64,000 nt of DNA from Bacilli bacterium (GTDB lineage Bacteria > Bacillota_I > Bacilli_A > RFN20 > CAG-826), in NCBI GenBank assembly GCA_045628045.1, contig JAZQOV010000002.1, positions 106,826-170,825 on the forward strand, read 5' to 3'. Each line of letters starts with the position of its first letter. The stretch's first letter is position 1. Positions 59,692-64,000 of the stretch are shown in pieces. Under the pieces are notes generated by a model, which worked only from the letters and a program-made list of their open reading frames with translations, searched no databases and was not told the DNA's origin. Both the position numbers and the translations under genes were made by a program.

Positions 59692-60555
59692 ATGAGTGTA
59701 ATTCAAAATATTGTATGTAAGAAAATCGGAGAAGAATTTTCTATTTCTTTTGAAGAATTAAATGAATTATTTAATTCAATTAATGATGGAAAAAGACGCC
59801 AGACTTCCATAGACAATTATTGTTTTTGTTGCGGAAAGCAAAAAACTTTTATTATTGATTTAGAAGAAACATATCATTTAAAAGAGTTTTTAATAAATGA
59901 GAATCCAAGCCCAAAAACAATGTATGAAAACAAAGAAAGCATTATAGATAGGCTGAGCAGAATTGAAGGAACCATTGTTTTATCTTTTAATTGTCCAGAA
60001 TGTAAATCCCATTATTATTGTGGCTTTTACTATCGCGGATTAAAATTTCGTAAATTGTTTGAATTTCCTGATATGTCTAAAGCTAATAATGATGAGTACA
60101 AATGTTTTAAAAAATTGGATAAGAATTTTAATTATTTCTTGGAAATTGTAACCTCTAAACGTCTATTTTCGAGTGGCGCTTATATCGGTTCATTTGTTTA
60201 TCTCAGAAGGTGTATTGAAAATTTTATTAAGGTCTATTTGATTAATCGTATGAAAATTGATGGAAAGTTCGATCAAAATAAATTTAATCTTTGTGTAAGG
60301 TTTGAGGATTTTACAAATTTTGTAAAGGATTATATTGATGAAGATTTATATGATGCCATGAAAAATAGTTATTCTATTTTAAGCAAACATATTCATGAGT
60401 TAACTGAAGAAGATTGCAAAAATAATTATAATTTAGTTTTTGAAATAACCACAACTATGTTAAGCAACGAAATTGATGAAATTAACAAAAAAGAAAGAGT
60501 TAAAAATTTAAAAAATAATTCCAGTGCAGTTATAAATGATTTAAAGCAAAAATAG
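59692..60555 (+). CDS. Hypothetical protein with Cys motifs and a DUF4145/HEPN-like C-terminus
   Basis: CFCC, CPEC; GSFVYLRRCIE...YSILSKHIH; AAGGAG RBS. Confidence 0.6.
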   Translation: MSVIQNIVCKKIGEEFSISFEELNELFNSINDGKRRQTSIDNYCFCCGKQKTFIIDLEETYHLKEFLINENPSPKTMYENKESIIDRLSRIEGTIVLSFNCPECKSHYYCGFYYRGLKFRKLFEFPDMSKANNDEYKCFKKLDKNFNYFLEIVTSKRLFSSGAYIGSFVYLRRCIENFIKVYLINRMKIDGKFDQNKFNLCVRFEDFTNFVKDYIDEDLYDAMKNSYSILSKHIHELTEEDCKNNYNLVFEITTTMLSNEIDEINKKERVKNLKNNSSAVINDLKQK

Positions 60556-60843
60556 TTGCTTATTTCTTGCGCACGACCGGGACTGTTTGTAAAAAAACGA
60601 TTTTATTAGTGAAGCGGAAAATTTCACTCTATTTTAACAAAAGATCTTTTGGAGGGAATAATTTTAGGTAGGGGTGTTATTGTGACTGATATAATGGTAG
60701 ATGTAAAGACTGTACATTTAGTTCTTATCTACACAATGTAAATTTTATTTTACTTTCATGGTCTATTTCTTTCCAAAAATATTGTGTGCACTGAAAATTT
60801 ATAATGTAATTGAATAATTTTTAATTATTTGTATAATTTAATC

Positions 60844-61813
60844 ATGAAAAATTTTTTAACTTATAACCAACAGTTAAAACATCTTAGAGACAATAAAAAG
60901 ATCTCTTGCGGAGGAACAAAGGATAAAGAATATCTTTGCCGCTGCGGTTTTTTCAATTTAGTTAATGGTTATAAAACCCCTTTTATTGCGGCTTTTAATC
61001 CTATTACTAATTGCAATATTTATTTTAAAGGAACGACGCTTGAACAAATTCATAAAGTCAAAGAATTTGATGATGACCTCAGAATGCTTTTATTCAAATA
61101 TATTGTTAAAGCCGAAGAAGAAGTTCGTTCCTTTGCATCTTATAAATTTGAACAAGTTAATAATAATGGTCAAACAAGATGGTACGAAGTAAAGGCATAT
61201 TCTTCAAGTGCAAATATCAATGATGTTATTAAGTCAATTTCTGATGGATATAAAGAGCTTAGAAATTCTGGCATCATATGTATTGCATTATTTGGGCAAG
61301 TACCAAATGATACCAACTTGGATTTACTTTAAAGTTATTAGATTTTCTAGTTTTATTGATTTATTAAAAATATCAAAACCGAAAGTTTGCGAAGCTTTGT
61401 GTGATTTATATAAAATGCAAAAGCCTTCTGGCAAACCTAATATTAAATTGCTTATAAGTAGTTTATCGGCATTGAGAAAAATTAGAAATTCCTGTGCCCA
61501 CAATGAAAGAGTCTATGATTTTAAAAGGGATAACGGTAGAATATTTGAGCCAGTTATACAATCTCTTAGACATACGTATTGTTTAACTAGAGACCAAAAG
61601 ATCATTGATGCTTTAATTTATTTAAAATATTACTTAGATTCTTATGATTACGAAAGACTGATTCTCGGCTTTAAAGAACTTTTAGTGAATTTGCAAGCCT
61701 CTATCTCCGTTCAAGCTTTTGACAAGGTAAGAGCTGCAACGGGTGTCAAGCAAATAGCCGATCTTGACGATTTGCTAAAAAATAAAATTATAAAAAATTA
61801 TAATAAATTTTAA
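60844..61813 (+). pseudogene. Abi-like (AbiD/AbiF) HEPN protein, frameshifted near 61270
   Basis: FLTYNQQL..L, FNLVNGYK, FDDDLR..LF.YI..AEE; second frame HY...IPTW, IRNSCAHNER (RxxxxH). Confidence 0.82.
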
Positions 61814-61827
61814 TTTTTTATTAATAG

Positions 61828-61922
61828 TTGACTTACATTTTACTTTTTGATATAGTATTAAGCAAGGTTATATCCGGAGCAAAACCGGATGAAAGGTCGC
61901 AGAAATGCGGCCTTTCAATTTG
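61828..61922 (+). ncRNA. Promoter plus candidate abiF-associated antitoxin ncRNA
   Basis: TTGACT-N17-TATAGT, then hairpins atccgg-agcaaaa-ccggat and gaaaggtcgca-gaaa-tgcggcctttc directly after the AbiF-like gene. Confidence 0.65.
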
Positions 61923-61986
61923 AATATAAGAGTTTGAATGATTATATATTGATAAAATTTTATTCTCTTTTATAATATAACCACCT

Positions 61987-62598
61987 ATGACAATGTCTCA
62001 GAAGTTATACTTACCATTAAAAAGATTTATTGGAATATGTGGTTCTGCTGTAGGAATCATTGTATGTTTTTCATTACTATGGTGGTGGATACTTCCAATT
62101 AACGCTATAGCGACAAAAGGTCATCCAATATTTGTACATCCAAGAGTTGGAAAGAATAAGAAGACATTTGGGCTTATTAAATTCCGTTCCATGAGAGTTG
62201 ATGCTGATCCTAACCTAGCGCCTTCTCGTATGGCTGAAAATACTCAAAAATCAATGGAAACAGGATTTGGGAAGTTCTTAAGAAAGACATCTTTAGATGA
62301 AACCCTTCAATTAATTAACATATTTAAGGGTGATATGGCATTCATTGGTCCTAGACCAGGCGCTGCCATAAATGAAGAAGACTTAATTGTTGAAAGAGAA
62401 AAATATAACCCAAGTGCTTATGCAGTTAAACCAGGGTTATCTGGACTTGCACAAGTAAAGATACATAGAGAGCATGATCCAGTTAAGAAAGCTAAACTAG
62501 ATCATGAATACGTAGTTAACCTAAGCTTGTGGTTAGATATTAAATTATTTGTACTCACATGCTTAAGAGTATTCCTAAGAAATGATGGTGCTAGATAA
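61987..62598 (+). CDS. Initiating phosphoglycosyl (bacterial sugar) transferase
   Basis: KRFI, F.LIKFRSM, GKFLRKTSLDE.LQL.NI.KGDM.FIGPRP, PGLSGLAQV, SLWLDIK. Confidence 0.92.
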   Translation: MTMSQKLYLPLKRFIGICGSAVGIIVCFSLLWWWILPINAIATKGHPIFVHPRVGKNKKTFGLIKFRSMRVDADPNLAPSRMAENTQKSMETGFGKFLRKTSLDETLQLINIFKGDMAFIGPRPGAAINEEDLIVEREKYNPSAYAVKPGLSGLAQVKIHREHDPVKKAKLDHEYVVNLSLWLDIKLFVLTCLRVFLRNDGAR

Positions 62599-62880
62599 GA
62601 GGGCGAGAAGCCTTCTTTTTCTTTAAAGAAGCAAAAAGATTGTGTTTTTCTAATGGGTACGAAAAACATAGAATAATTAAATAAGCATATTTGTTAATGG
62701 ACCAAGTTTCAAGCTTCGATCGGTTTTTTGTTTATTTAAAGTTAAAGGCAGAAAAAAGTTGTATAGAAGGTAGATCCAGAACGACATGATTTTGTGATTT
62801 CCTAAAACCGATAAGCTGAAATAACTTTTTGCTATTTTAAAAGTCCTTATTTCTGAGCGAAAATATTTTAATATATTTTT

Positions 62881-64000
62881 ATGTATTTTAAGAAAAAACT
62901 ATTAACTATCCAGAAAATAAAATCATCGCGCTTATTTAAAATGTTAAGTAATAAAACACAAATGATTAGAAATTCAGGCGATGTGAAAGTTTTCACAAAT
63001 AGATCAGAACATTCTATTCAGGTATCTGAAATTTGTGGTGAAATTGTCAATAAAAATAATTTAATGTCTTGTGTTGATAGTAATAGACTTAAAATGTCAG
63101 CACTTTTACATGATATAGGGCATACTCCGTATGGTCACGCCGGCGAGGACGCAATCAATAATGTTTTTTTGTCAAATAATACTTCTCATTATTGTGAATC
63201 GCGTCCCGGACTTTTTAAACATAACATCAATTCAGTGAGATTAGTTCTTAATAATTTTGTTTTATCAAAAGGTGATTCAATATTAATTGATTCCATCTTA
63301 AAACATTCGTCTGTTTTTCCAAAGAACTATAATTTTCTTGTTTTTTCTGAACTTAACATTACTAAAACGAATTATATTTTCAGGATATTTAATAATTTTT
63401 CGCAAGATTTTATCAAAGACTTTTCGCTACTTTTTGACAAAAAATGTATTTGTTCAAATAAATGCAGAGATTTGTCAACAGATGTTCAGCGAAAGTATTG
63501 TTTACGTAAAGACACATTTTGTTTTGCCACAACACATACAGCAAATTTTTACTTATCGAAATATCTCGCATATCCATATCCACTTACTATAGAAGGCACC
63601 ATTCTCTTATTTGCTGATGAAATAGCTTGTTTTGAAACAGATTTAAGAGATTTAATTATATATGTTAAAAAATATGAAAAAAATCTTGATTCATATATTC
63701 CTTTGTTGAATTTAACTAAAACAATTAAAATTTTAAGGTCCAAATATAGAAGAAATAGTCTATTAACAGCAATTGAAAAAACCTTAGATTGTATTTTTTG
63801 TAAAAATGATAAGCGTTTTATTGTTAATATTGATGACAATATTAAGATAATTGGAGATAAATTGTGCAAAAATTTTATTTTTGAAGATTCTCTTTTAACC
63901 CCGTCAATAAATTTACGAATAACATCTAAAAAGGGATGCCAACCTTTATTTTCTTTTAACAAAAAAACTAATGATATATTCTATTCTATAAAAAATTCCT
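62881..64000 (+). CDS. dGTP triphosphohydrolase-like HD protein (partial, runs off window)
   Basis: Manually translated: LSNKTQM, NRSEHSIQV, LLHDIGHTPYGHAGE, FKHNINSVR, ILKH, TIEG..LFADEIA; absent from the ORF track because no stop codon is reached. Confidence 0.8.
   Translation, partial: MYFKKKLLTIQKIKSSRLFKMLSNKTQMIRNSGDVKVFTNRSEHSIQVSEICGEIVNKNNLMSCVDSNRLKMSALLHDIGHTPYGHAGEDAINNVFLSNNTSHYCESRPGLFKHNINSVRLVLNNFVLSKGDSILIDSILKHSSVFPKNYNFLVFSELNITKTNYIFRIFNNFSQDFIKDFSLLFDKKCICSNKCRDLSTDVQRKYCLRKDTFCFATTHTANFYLSKYLAYPYPLTIEGTILLFADEIACFETDLRDLIIYVKKYEKNLDSYIPLLNLTKTIKILRSKYRRNSLLTAIEKTLDCIFCKNDKRFIVNIDDNIKIIGDKLCKNFIFEDSLLTPSINLRITSKKGCQPLFSFNKKTNDIFYSIKNS

Noticed and set aside
63338-63962. 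ORFs 63338-63592 and 63549-63962
   Set aside because: They overlap the dGTPase-like frame starting at 62881

Overview
Low-GC Firmicute (Bacilli-like) chromosomal window using the standard genetic code. Bases 1-9.9 kb are housekeeping: 7 tRNA genes, pgi, an S1 protein, ispD, a HAD hydrolase, mgtE, pduL, a SAM-I riboswitch with metK, and hpf. From ~10 kb onward is a large accessory region, a surface-polysaccharide locus (ugd-like, fnlABC; later rmlA/rmlB/vioA, wzx, wzy-like, glycosyltransferases, ATP-grasp ligases, transporters and an initiating sugar transferase) split by a ~19 kb array of defence/TA/stress genes (MNT-HepT, AbiEi/ii, RhuM-like, PARIS-like ATPase-TOPRIM fusion, AbiH, AbiL/RloAB-like). 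Most striking: (1) the units of the 16-35 kb array are separated by 10 copies of two families of same-orientation, modular hairpin repeats, most starting at or just after a stop codon. This is a cassette-array-like architecture with no recombinase visible in the window. (2) Three nucleotide-sugar enzymes (Ugd, FnlA, FnlC) each carry a related N-terminal XRE HTH domain, and there is a fourth HTH fused to a degenerate RmlA-like domain. (3) An O-acetyltransferase is frameshifted at a G8 tract (candidate phase variation). (4) A frameshifted AbiF-like HEPN gene has its own downstream promoter-ncRNA unit, and there are other orphan sRNA-like units. (5) A -10-N6-ATG (leaderless) gene start recurs seven times. 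All family calls come from motif recognition by eye; no database searches were run.
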